NCBI GenBank assembly: GCA_964252035.1
Contig: OZ176203.1
Strand: one strand, 5' to 3'
From: Podarcis erhardii
Lineage: Eukaryota
Length of the DNA: 64,000 nt
Positions 54,606 through 64,000 of this stretch are shown here, piece by piece (the stretch's first letter is position 1; the number at the start of each line of letters is the position of its first letter). A model generated the notes under the pieces. It did no database searches. It was not told where the DNA came from and was given only the letters and a program-made list of their open reading frames with translations. The translations under genes were made by a program, and so were the position numbers.

Positions 54606-57400
54606 TTTCATCCGGCCGAAAATTGTGAGTATAGATATATCTATATATCTCTCTCCTCCTCCTCTCACCCCTAAATGGGCGAGAGTTTTCCTTTCAAACA
54701 CAGCAGCCCCCAATGGCAGAGTCTCCGTCCTCGCCGCTTCTCTTTTCCGCCTCCTGTTCCTTCGGATCTCGCCAAAAAAAGGAGAAAAGAACCCACTCCA
54801 AAAGGGGGGAAAGAAAAAAAAAAGAGAGAGAGAGTGAGAGCTACATCTGAGTCCTTTTCTTCCCAGAGTAGAAAGGCAGGCAGGCAAGGCAAGGCAGGCG
54901 CGCGCACACACACACAGCCCGAGAGTCCCTACAGCCTCAGAGCAGCCGTAGCAGCTGATTGAATGGCTGTCGTTGTCGGTAACTCACCAAGGAGGTGGTA
55001 CGAACAATCGGAGAGGGATTTGTGTGTGTGTGTGTACAAGAGACGGGAGGGGAAGCTTAAAAAAAAGAAAAAGACAAATACGATCTGTTCTGCTCTGCCT
55101 ACAGATAGGCAGAAGGGGAGGAGAAGCTCCTCTCGGCGAATGCAGCTGCTGCTCCTGTTCCGCCGGTGGGTATGAATGCAGCCTCTCCTCTACGCGCCGC
55201 ACTTGATCCAACGTGGAAAACCCAAATACCAGTTTCAAACACTTGGGAAACATTCAGCCCCGCCGCCTAGGGCGCATGCGCACCACTCCCATCTACCTTG
55301 AACACCACCACCACCAACCCCCCCGCCGCGACACTAAACAGCAGAGGCGCTCGATGTGCTTCTCTGTCTGTATAATCGTTGCATTTCTTTCTCTCGCTAC
55401 TGGCGGAGAAGGAAGTGAGGGAGGCGCGGGTGGGGTAAGGAAGCAGACAGCTCGCTCGCTGCTGAGATGCGCGGGTCCTGGGTGTCGTGTGCATTGCGAG
55501 AGCAAAACACTCTTCCTCCCCCACCAATGCAGACGTGCCTCACGCACGGAGGGGACGGGAGTTGGAACTGTGGGCTTGCTTGCGGCTTCCGGGAATGCAC
55601 ACGCGTGCCGAAGGATCCAGCCGTGCGCCGGCTGCATCGCAGGGTGGCAGCAACGTAGGGCCTTCATTATTTGTTGCTGCTTGACTTAAAGCAAAGCAAG
55701 AGAGCGAGTTTGCGAGCGGGGTTCGCCTCCGCTTAAACGGGGGTGCTTAAACCCTGGCGCTTTTGCACACGTGCTTGGAAACACGCATGCAACTCCCGAG
55801 GATGGCCAGGATTGCTGCGAGCGAGCGAGCCCCGGTTTCTGACAACGCAAGGACCGAGGGAGGCGTGTTGTGTTGTGTGGGGAGGGTGGGCTGTGACAGA
55901 CACGATGCTCTCTACACACATGCACCCTTCCCCTTAGTTTGCAAGACTCCCCCCCCCCCCGCTTAAAACAGAGGCGGCCTTTCCCCCCCCCCCCGCTTCC
56001 CTCCTTGAAAACTAACAACCGGAGCAACCGCATCGAAAACTATAATCCAAGTTAAAGGCAGCGCCTCTGGCCAATCGCGGCTCAGCCTCGCGCTCCACCC
56101 CTCCGCTTCGGCCGCCCAATGGGAGGTCGCGGGTTTATGGTGGTGGAGGAGGAGGAGGGAGGGGGGCCGGAAGAGAGCGAGCGACGAGAAAGGCGGCGGC
56201 GGCGGCGCGTGCGCACGCCGTCATCCATGGAACGAGAAAATGGAGGGTGCAAAGCGGGAGGAGGAAGGGAGTGAAAGGGAACTACATTTCCCAGCAGCCT
56301 TTTCTTTTCTCTCCCGCACCGCAGGCCGCATGCGCCTGGGTTGTGGCCATTGCAGTCCCGACATAGGGGTAACCCCCCACTGCTTTTTAAGGTTGCCTGA
56401 TCTGAAAACCAAGGCACACTCGGCTGCAGAAAACAAAAGGAGGGGGACGCGTGGGGAACGAGGTTACTTAGCGTCCGGCAGTTATTTGCCGGTGTTAACT
56501 CATTCAGATGTATTCCTCACCCACTCCCCGTAGCCTGAGAATGGAAGTAGCTGGTGCAAGCATTCCTAAATAGGCGTGCTGCTGGTGCGAAAGAGGCGTT
56601 GCGATTTAGGGCACATGGGTGAATTGGGATCGCTGGGAAAAGGTGGCCGGGAGCGGGCAGTAGAATAAAAAAAGGCCTCTGCAGCTGGAAAGTGGTAGCA
56701 AATGCCATACTTGGTTCCTGCTGCCGGCTGTTCTCGCCCGCTATAGATCTCGAGCGGAAAAGGCAAAATGTTTTCACAACTGGGGTTTGTGAGCACTTTC
56801 CACAAACCAACAACACTGGGTTGTCGGCAGGATAAACTTAGGGTTTTAAATAATGCACGCTGTAGCCTGGGATGCTGTATAGAAAATAGACAAGAAAGAC
56901 GATTTGTTTTTTTGTTTTAAAAGCAAAGCAAGAAAGCAAACTTATCGCGATTTCCTGCAAACGGAAATCTTAAAAGTACGGGCGATGCGCAGCAGCCGCT
57001 GTCTCGGATCTAACATTTTTGAAAGTGCGATACTGTATTCCTGAATGGCACCACGGGGATACCTGCATACTCTGCGCAAGCGGGGTGGCGGCAGCAATGC
57101 CCACTTGGGGGGCGGGGAGAGTACTAATCCGGCAGGCGAGGAACGGGAGACTTTGCCTTCGATCACCAGGGACCATTACGATCTGCAGCAAACTCTTCGC
57201 CCACCATAAAGGAGAGTCAGGAAGATGCATCAGCAGCCACCTTCGCTGCTCATTACTTAGCTCAGCTTCTGGAAATAGCATCGCCAAAACCTTGAGGGTG
57301 GTGGGAGAGATGCCTTCCCTTAAAAGCATGGATCTGTATCCATTCCAAACCGTTCGGTTTTTCCCTCTCCGAAGCGCGATGCGGGAGGGGGGGTAGATTT
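54600..57400. promoter_or_regulatory. ING1 upstream CpG island / promoter
   Basis: High CpG; NRF1-type palindrome GCGCATGCGC 55272-55281 and CGCATGCGC 56327-56335; ZNF143/THAP11-type AACTACATTTCCCAGCA 56280-56296; CCAAT 56071. Confidence 0.75.
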
Positions 57401-58389
57401 CCAAAGGAAGCAGCTTCTTTTATTCTATGCTATGACCTTCACAACCCGTTGCCAAGAACAGGGATCTGGATTTGCCCCAATAAGCTCGTTTAATAAGAGT
57501 TTTCCTGATCCGCCGCTGCTGAAGCCATGATCAAATAGTGGTGGATCTCGCTGGTAGCAGAAGGAGAGGAGCTCTCCCAAAAGACACGGTGCTTTGTTGT
57601 CTTCCACGTCTCCACCGGCTAGCGGGAAGGTTCACTTTTCCTTTCTGCATTTTCTGCACCAGGCAACAATGGCTATTACTGTACATGTAAGAAGCAAGAA
57701 ACACCCACACATCAGCCCCCTAAAAAAAATCCTTGAAGCCCATTGGTTAAGTCATGAAAGACACACTCCCCCCCCTTTCCTCTCCCGCCTTTCGCTTCCC
57801 GGAATCTGCAGCCTGCAATTTGTTAATTTTTCCTTTCCTCTTTCTCTCCCCCCTGCATCTTTTAGTTCTGTCTGGTAGAAAGCGAAACAAAGTCGGATTT
57901 CCTAAAAACGATGCTCTGTGCTTTAGAGTCTTCTGGAACTCAAGAGAAACTATGGCTCCAGATCTAGACACACTTACCTGTGAGTAAGCTCCATTGAACT
58001 CAGTGGAGTTTACTTTGATGTATAGGTACCCTTTCTATAATCAGAGTCTATAGGACAGCACAGTACAGTTTGGGGCAGGAAGATTTTTCTCAACTTGGGT
58101 GGCCTCCCCCCCTCCCCAACTAGCAATTAGATACGTTGATTAGCCCCTTAATTTAGCCTCATTTACTCCAGTTTAACAGAAATAATGCTGCTGACTTAGA
58201 CAAAACATAAATCATATTTTTTAATTGTGTTCTCTTAAGCTGCTATATGCATTACAGTAAACGTTATTTTTTTGCACACAGAGTTGTGGATGCAGTGAAA
58301 CATGTTATACAAAGATAAAGCATTGGACACAGACTAAGGCTGCAAATCTGTACACACTTTTCTAGGAGCATGTCCCATTGAACTCAAAT

Positions 58390-58486
58390 GTAACTTGATA
58401 AATTTTCCTGCAGTCACGTCAGTTTTTGGTGGGTGGGTGGGTGGGTAGGGGGGATGACATGACTGCAGGAAAATTTATCAGGTTAC
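58390..58486. repeat. 32-bp inverted repeat enclosing a (GGGT)4 tract
   Basis: 58390-58421 vs 58455-58486, 2 mismatches; loop gtttttggtgggtgggtgggtgggtagggggga. Confidence 0.9.
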
Positions 58487-59679
58487 GTTCAGAAATCCGG
58501 AAGAAAATGATAGGATACCTGTGGGCCCATTTCCTTGTCTGGTTGCAGAACAGTGGGAGCTTCTTGACTTGGGGTGTATGTGTATGAGAGATTCAATTGC
58601 ATACTGGCAAATTCAGCTTGTGCAGACACTTGTTATGACTAAATGCACTTTTAAAAGTACATGTGATTTTGGACTACCATTGAATTTAATCGAAGATAAA
58701 AATGCTTACCTTCGTCCGGATTGTGCCCTTTTTAAAAAACAAACAAACTGTATTGCTGCTGGGAGATGCTGATTTCAATAGTGTGTTGGGGGCTGGAGTA
58801 GTGTAAAATCCAATCTTGGGGAAGAGTTACCAAGAACATCTGGTTGGGATCCCACTTGTTTGGGACACCGAAGGCAAATACCTCCTGCCAACTTGTCATC
58901 GACAAGACCAAGGACAAATGGACTTTCAGAGGCTGTTCTGGCTGTTGTAGCATGATCCATTTCTGTACAGGATTACTCCAAAGTATGTCACACTATGTTC
59001 TGTGGAGCTTTCCCCCTAGTAAATGTGTCTTGAACGGCAGCCTTAATTGGACCAACAAAGAACCAGCACAGAACACATGTTTATACGCATCTACATGACT
59101 CAACAATTAAAAAATGCTCGGCTGTAGAGGCCCAAGGGCTGCAAAATGATGTAAATGAGCCATTGACAAGAATAGATTCTGGATTAGCCACCCCAATAAA
59201 AGCTATCAGCCTTTTCTGTGGATCTTCTGCCAAGGAACAAGTGGACTGATGTAAAATACTAATAACCAGGAAATGTTTAGGCATTTGTAGGAATCCTGGC
59301 TAATTTTTCTCCTATAATTACAAGGCAATACAGTAATAAGTACCGCAGTAATCAAATAACACACTTTCTGAGGCTCACATGATTGTCAGCTGCCCCATTC
59401 AGTCTTCCACTGAGAGCGAGTGCCTTATTTCCCATATTACTGTAGGTTTTGCTTCATTTCGATAAATAAAATTATATTTTATGGTTTAAAAAAATAAATA
59501 AAAAATAACACTCTTTCACATTTACCCCCCTCCCCCATACCTTGCACTTTGTAAAAAATAAATAAATCCGATTCCAAAAATTAAGATCCTGGTTCCTCTT
59601 AATAACTTTTGCCGTGCGATGCTCATTCAGATTGGAAACCTTGCTCTTTGTAGATCTGGAGCGAGGCTAGTGCTAAAAC

Positions 59680-60700
59680 CAACTGCCGCCGTCGCCCGCG
59701 CTCGGAGCTCTCCGGGGGTTTTACATTTTACGGTGTTAACCAGATCAGTTCCACCGACTTCAAAAAAAAAAAAAAAAAAAAGGATGTCGCGGGGCGTCGG
59801 AGAGGAAGGAAGCCTACGCGCCTCAGGCGCCCTTTCCCAGCAATTCAGTCTCCTTGAAAGGACTTCACGCGCGCATTGCATCGGAAGCTATACTTTTATC
59901 TGCTAAGGACGGCCGCGCTATTTCCAAGGTCGGTGGGGACCGGGAGAGCAGGGGATTTGGAAGAAGAGACGAGGGAAGGAATGCGAAAGCTATTGCAGCC
60001 GAGGCGCTATTCTACCAGCGCGGCGAGCAACCCTCCACTTTCCCCTCCCAGCTTCAGGCAGAGAAGGCTCCTCCTTTTCCTGCTGGGTTTTCTGGCTGTA
60101 GCCGCACAGGCGGCGCCGGCTGTTGCTACAGGCGCGGCAGGCTGTGCGCGTCTCCCTTTCCTCTTCCGAGCGGTTCCGGCGCCCGCGCAGCGCCGCCCTC
60201 GTTACGCCAAGGAGGAGGCGCGCTGCCTCCTCATTGCATTTCTGCAGCCCGACCATGCGGGCGCCGCAGCCCGTGGCGTTGCTGGCCTGGGCGCAGAGCA
60301 GCTGATTTGTAAAGAGGAGCCGGGAAACCAAACCCAAAGCACCCCAACCAGGCTTGGGTGCCGCCGTCGAGGAGCATGTTTCGCGCTTGCTTGGTTCCTT
60401 GGCGCGCCGGCGGCGGCTGCTCCTCGCAGCGTCTGGGTTTCAGGCGTTATGGGAGACTGGCCCTCCTCCGCCTATCAGCCGGCGAAGGTGCTTCAGCTGC
60501 CGAAGGCAAGCATCTTCTGGGCGTCGCTTCCCGGAGAGCAAGGTGCAGCGGTGGTCCGGAGCGCGGGACCAAGTGGATCCAGCCCGCGGGCCGGGACAGC
60601 GGCATCCAGGCGTACAACAGCCTGAGCAGAAGGAAAGAGCCTCTCATCCTGCGAAACGCGGATGTGGTGACTTGGTTAGAATACTTAGAAAATTGTGCTC
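59680..60700 (+). promoter_or_regulatory. CpG island over CARS2 promoter/exon 1
   Basis: Very high GC and CpG density surrounding the CARS2 start codon. Confidence 0.8.
60376..60674 (+). CDS. CARS2: CARS2 coding exon 1 (mitochondrial cysteinyl-tRNA synthetase; Arg-rich presequence)
   Basis: agcATGt at 60376; MFRACLVPWRAGG...KWIQPAGRDSGIQAYNSLSRRKEPLILRNADVVTW resembles CysRS N-terminus (YNSL..KEPL); donor TG|GTTAGA, phase 2. Start codon choice is less certain than the 3' part. Confidence 0.88.
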
Positions 60701-60943
60701 CTATTCCTTTTAATTTATTCCCCCCCCCTTTGCCGGGACACCTTCATAGCTAGCAATAAAATGGATAGGTAAATAATAAATAGGTAAATAGATAAATAAA
60801 ATGGATTCCTTTCCGCCCCCCCGCCCCCAGCAGTGAAGAGGGAAAACTCACCTTTTGAGATGTTGCAGTTTGTTAGAAACTAGGATCCCAGAGGAGCTAG
60901 TAATTAGTAATTCAGTACATTTGGGTCTAGCTAAATATTAAAA

Positions 60944-61288
60944 TATTAGCACGCGGGTGGTGCTGTGGTCTAAACCACAGAGCCTAGGGCTTGGTGATCA
61001 GAAGGTCGGTGGTTCAAATCCCCGCAGTTGGGTGAACTCCTGTTGCTCGGCCCCTGCTCCTGCCAACCTAGCAGTTCGAAAGCACATCAAAGTGCAAGTA
61101 GATAAATAGGTACCACTCCGGCGGGAAGGTAAATGGCGTTTCCGTGTGCTGCTCTGGTTTGCCAGAAGCGGCTTGGTCACGCTGGCCACATGTACGCCGG
61201 CTCCCTCGGCCAGTAAAGCGTGATGAACACTGCAACCCCAGAGTCGTCAGTGACTGGACCTTACAGTCAGGGGTCCCTTTACCTTTAC
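60944..61288 (+). mobile_element. Sauria SINE in CARS2 intron 1
   Basis: Family sequence plus 13-bp TSD ctaaatattaaaa (60931-60943, 61289-61301). Confidence 0.92.
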
Positions 61289-61922
61289 CTAAATATTAAA
61301 AACCAGCAAAAGTTGTGGCACAATCCTTGGGTGCTTTATGTGGAAGTAAGTTGGATGGAACTTACAATTAGGTGTGCATAGGATTTATTTGTGGGGTTTT
61401 GCTCAGTAATCTGGCTCACAGCAATACGTGGCCTGTGCTTTTAAAGTTGAAACCAGAATTGCACCATGGCATAATTGATAAGACTTTGAGAGAGGTAGGG
61501 AAGCAATTTCTCAGAAGGTGTGCAAGTAAGCAGAAGGCTGAGACATGGTGGAGAGCAGGGACACTGAATGCAACAGGTGTGAGTTTAAAAATGGGGAAAT
61601 TGAGGTGTTGGGTACCCCCTTAAAACAAGGCAAGGCCAGGAACAGAATAACAGAAAGCTTTAGGCAAACTTGACAGAGGAGGCAGCAGTTAAGGAGCGTG
61701 GGCAAGGACCAAGTCCAGGAACCTTGTATTGTTTGCTTAACAAAGACTTGTTTTATTCCAGGGGGGCGGAATTAGTTTTCCCTACTGTGCCTAAAGTGGG
61801 TTCAGAGGTCATGTGCTTCACCCTCCTTATTCAACTGTGTAATGGCTGATGTGAATTTTGAAACTAATCATTATGTAACGCCTTCTGGTGTTTTTCTTAG
61901 TAGATCTTAATTTTATTCACAG

Positions 61923-61973
61923 GTATAGCTGTGGACCTACTGTCTATGACCATGCACACCTTGGTCATGCTTG
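61923..61973 (+). CDS. CARS2: CARS2 coding exon 2 (HIGH motif)
   Basis: Acceptor ttttattcacAG, donor TG|GTAAGC; 51 nt (W)YSCGPTVYDHAHLGHA(C): class I aaRS HIGH motif (HLGH) with the Zn-ligand Cys of CGPT. Confidence 0.96.
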
Positions 61974-62454
61974 GTAAGCCTTCACATGCTAAAATTTCAT
62001 TTATTTTTGTCGGAATTAGTTCTGCACCAGCCGGCTTCAATATAGACTCTTGCTTTGTGTAGTAGATGCTCTTCTTATGAGTACATTAGCATCTAGCTGT
62101 TTTTCGGCAGAGAGCAGGAATACTAGAATTGTAACCCTGAGGAGTTAGCCAAGTGCAAGCTATCAGCATCCTGCAGAATAAGAAGTGTAGTTAAATGCAC
62201 CCAAGTGAGGCTTGGAAGAAAAGATGGGGGGGGGGGGAGTCAGCCTGGTGTGGAGAAAAAATCACTTCTGAGATCCAAAATATGATGGGTCACTGTGCCT
62301 CATGCTTTAACAAGGTGTTCGTCTTTCTGCTGAGGCTTCTGAAGCAAAAAATAAAATAAAATCCTAGCTTCAGTATGTCTACTTAACATAAAACCAACCT
62401 GTTTCATATCTAGCTGAGGCCCGTAATACATGTGCCTTTCCCCCTCTCTTTCAG

Positions 62455-62572
62455 CTCCTATGTTAAATTTGATATAATTCGAAGAATACTGACAAAGATA
62501 TTTGGAAAGGAAGTCGTCATGGTGATGGGGATTACAGATATAGATGATAAAATAATTAAAAGAGCCAGTGAG
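62455..62572 (+). CDS. CARS2: CARS2 coding exon 3 (gene continues beyond window)
   Basis: Acceptor ctctctttcAG, donor GAG|GTAAGT; 118 nt [39 protein letters not shown] (Cys[10 protein letters not shown] motif). Confidence 0.96.
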
Positions 62573-62689
62573 GTAAGTGTATATAGTTCAGCTTGCTTTT
62601 TTGGTTCACAATCCAGTAGATTTTACAAATGTGCTGTATTGTATTGTTTGCATTATAGCCAGTCTAGGTAGGCTGTGAAATGAAACAGA

Positions 62690-62938
62690 TACAGTGGATG
62701 TTTGGGTTGCGAACGTGATCCGTGCGAGATGCACATTCGCAACCTGCAGCGGTGCGTCTGCGCATGTGTGGGTTGCGATTCGGCGCTTCTGCGCATGTGC
62801 AAAGCGTGATTTAGTGCTTCTGCGTGTGCGCGACCCCCGAAACCCGGAAGTAACCCGTTCCGGTACTTCTGGGTTTTCGCGGGTCCGTAACCCGAAAAAA
62901 CACAACCTGAAGCATCTGTAACCTGAGGTATGACTGTA
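62690..62938. mobile_element. Tc1/mariner-type MITE, related family
   Basis: TAcagtggatg ... gaggtatgactgTA; shares the cctgaagcatctgtaac end with the family above. Confidence 0.75.
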
Positions 62939-63429
62939 TTGCATGGCAGGAGCAAAATTTGGGAGATTTGCTAACTCTCTTTATCTTTTTGTAGGTGAAA
63001 AGTTCTGCTAGGCCTCAGCCAAACAAGAGAGAGGCTTCTCTCAATTGCAGTTAGGAGATCTGTCCCCATGCCTGTCCCTCTTGAAGTAAATTTCCATCTC
63101 CTACCTTAACCTCTGTTAAGTAATGCAGCTGAGGCAGCGTTAGCTGTGATAAAGGAATGAAGGCGCTGGGTAGGAATGCCTCTGAAGGAGGAAGTGTGTA
63201 TTTTGGGATTTCTCTGAGATCCATCACTGTCACTAGTGATGGATCAGGTGACATCAGTGGTTCAGAACACACATTGCCAATTTTAACTGTTGCAACCATT
63301 CCTGGAGAGGGATAGCCTTGCTGCAGTAGTTTATGCATGGATAACCTCACAATTAGACCACTGTAATGTGCTATTTGTGGGGGGCTGCCCTTGTACCTGG
63401 TTTGGAATCTGTAGCTAGCACCAAATTCA

Positions 63430-63680
63430 GCTACCATAGTGCTTGGTGGGACACCAAGCTATACACATGTTACATCAGTGTTGAAAGATGTGCACTGGCT
63501 ATTAACTGCTGAGCCATGTTCAGAAGGGTTTGGTTGTTGTTATTTAAAACTTTGGGAACCAGAATATTCTGCAGACTGCTTCCCCTGGTACAGAACAAGT
63601 CAATCTTTTAAGATCTTCAAAGGAGAGGCTGCTAGTTGTTCTGTGACCACCTGGTTGTTACTTGTTGACAATGCTTAAGA
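63430..63680 (+). mobile_element. L2 LINE ORF2 C-terminal fragment, degraded
   Basis: HVTSVLKDVHWL resembles the L2 HITPVL..LHWLP motif. Confidence 0.55.
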
Positions 63681-63778
63681 AGTGAGCCTTCTTGGCGATA
63701 GCACCCATCCTTGGGTTATTTGTGAGGCAGAAACGGCAATACCTTAGAATGCTTCTTTAAGATTATGTTCACCTAAAC

Positions 63779-63914
63779 CAGGCACCCCCAGACTCGGCCC
63801 TCTAGATGTTTTGGGACTACAATTCCCATCATCCCTGACCACTGGTCCTGTTAGCTAGGGATGATGGGAGTTGTAGTCCCAAAACAGCTGGATGGCCAAG
63901 TTTGGGGATGCCTG
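63779..63914. mobile_element. Palindromic hAT-type MITE in CARS2 intron 3
   Basis: Near-palindromic body (ggactacaattcccatcatccc ... gggatgatgggagttgtagtcc), ends caggcaccccca/tggggatgcctg, perfect 8-bp TSD acctaaac. Confidence 0.88.
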
Positions 63915-64000
63915 ACCTAAACTTTCCTGGACTTCTTCATGTTTATTTTGTTTTGCACAATGCTTGTTTTTTCTTTGTGCTATACAGTTTTGTGTTCTTA

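Noticed and set aside
53000-56500. Many overlapping 60-200 aa ORFs on both strands
   Set aside because: Low-complexity, GC-rich promoter DNA with (CT)n, (CA)n and poly-G tracts; no recognisable domains.
57965-57990. Back-to-back perfect donors (minus CAG|GTAAGT, plus GA|GTAAGC)
   Set aside because: Part of the recurring palindromic repeat family (cacttacctg.gagtaagc), not evidence of exons.
60846-60856. Perfect minus-strand donor AAG|GTGAGT in CARS2 intron 1
   Set aside because: Isolated motif with no partner acceptor or other support.

Overview
Vertebrate genomic DNA from a squamate, most likely a lacertid lizard (inferred from Sauria SINE, Squam3-like SINE and BovB copies). It matches the conserved ANKRD10-ING1-CARS2 block (human 13q34), read in reverse orientation. 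Reconstructed from splice sites: complete ANKRD10 (+, 6 coding exons, 4044-29086, 411 aa), complete ING1 (-, 2 coding exons, 54605-48948, 279 aa, p33ING1b-type), and the first three exons of CARS2 (+, from 60376, including the HLGH/HIGH motif). The rest is introns, CpG-island promoters and repeats (Sauria SINEs, hAT and Tc1/mariner MITEs with TSDs, BovB, L1, L2, CR1 fragments, microsatellites), plus one 236-N assembly gap. There is no CRISPR array, tRNA/rRNA gene or prokaryotic system, and I cannot claim a new biological system. The best leads are RNA-processing and promoter architecture. (1) A textbook CCAAT/GC/TATA/TCT promoter inside ING1 intron 1 points antisense to ING1, towards CARS2. 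(2) A 32-nt frameshifting cassette exon lies in ING1 intron 1. (3) ANKRD10 has several candidate alternative 3' ends: exon-5 read-through, an in-frame terminal exon and a 48-nt cassette in intron 3. (4) A 214-codon ORF overlaps CARS2 exon 1. All of these are sequence-based inferences that need RNA data.
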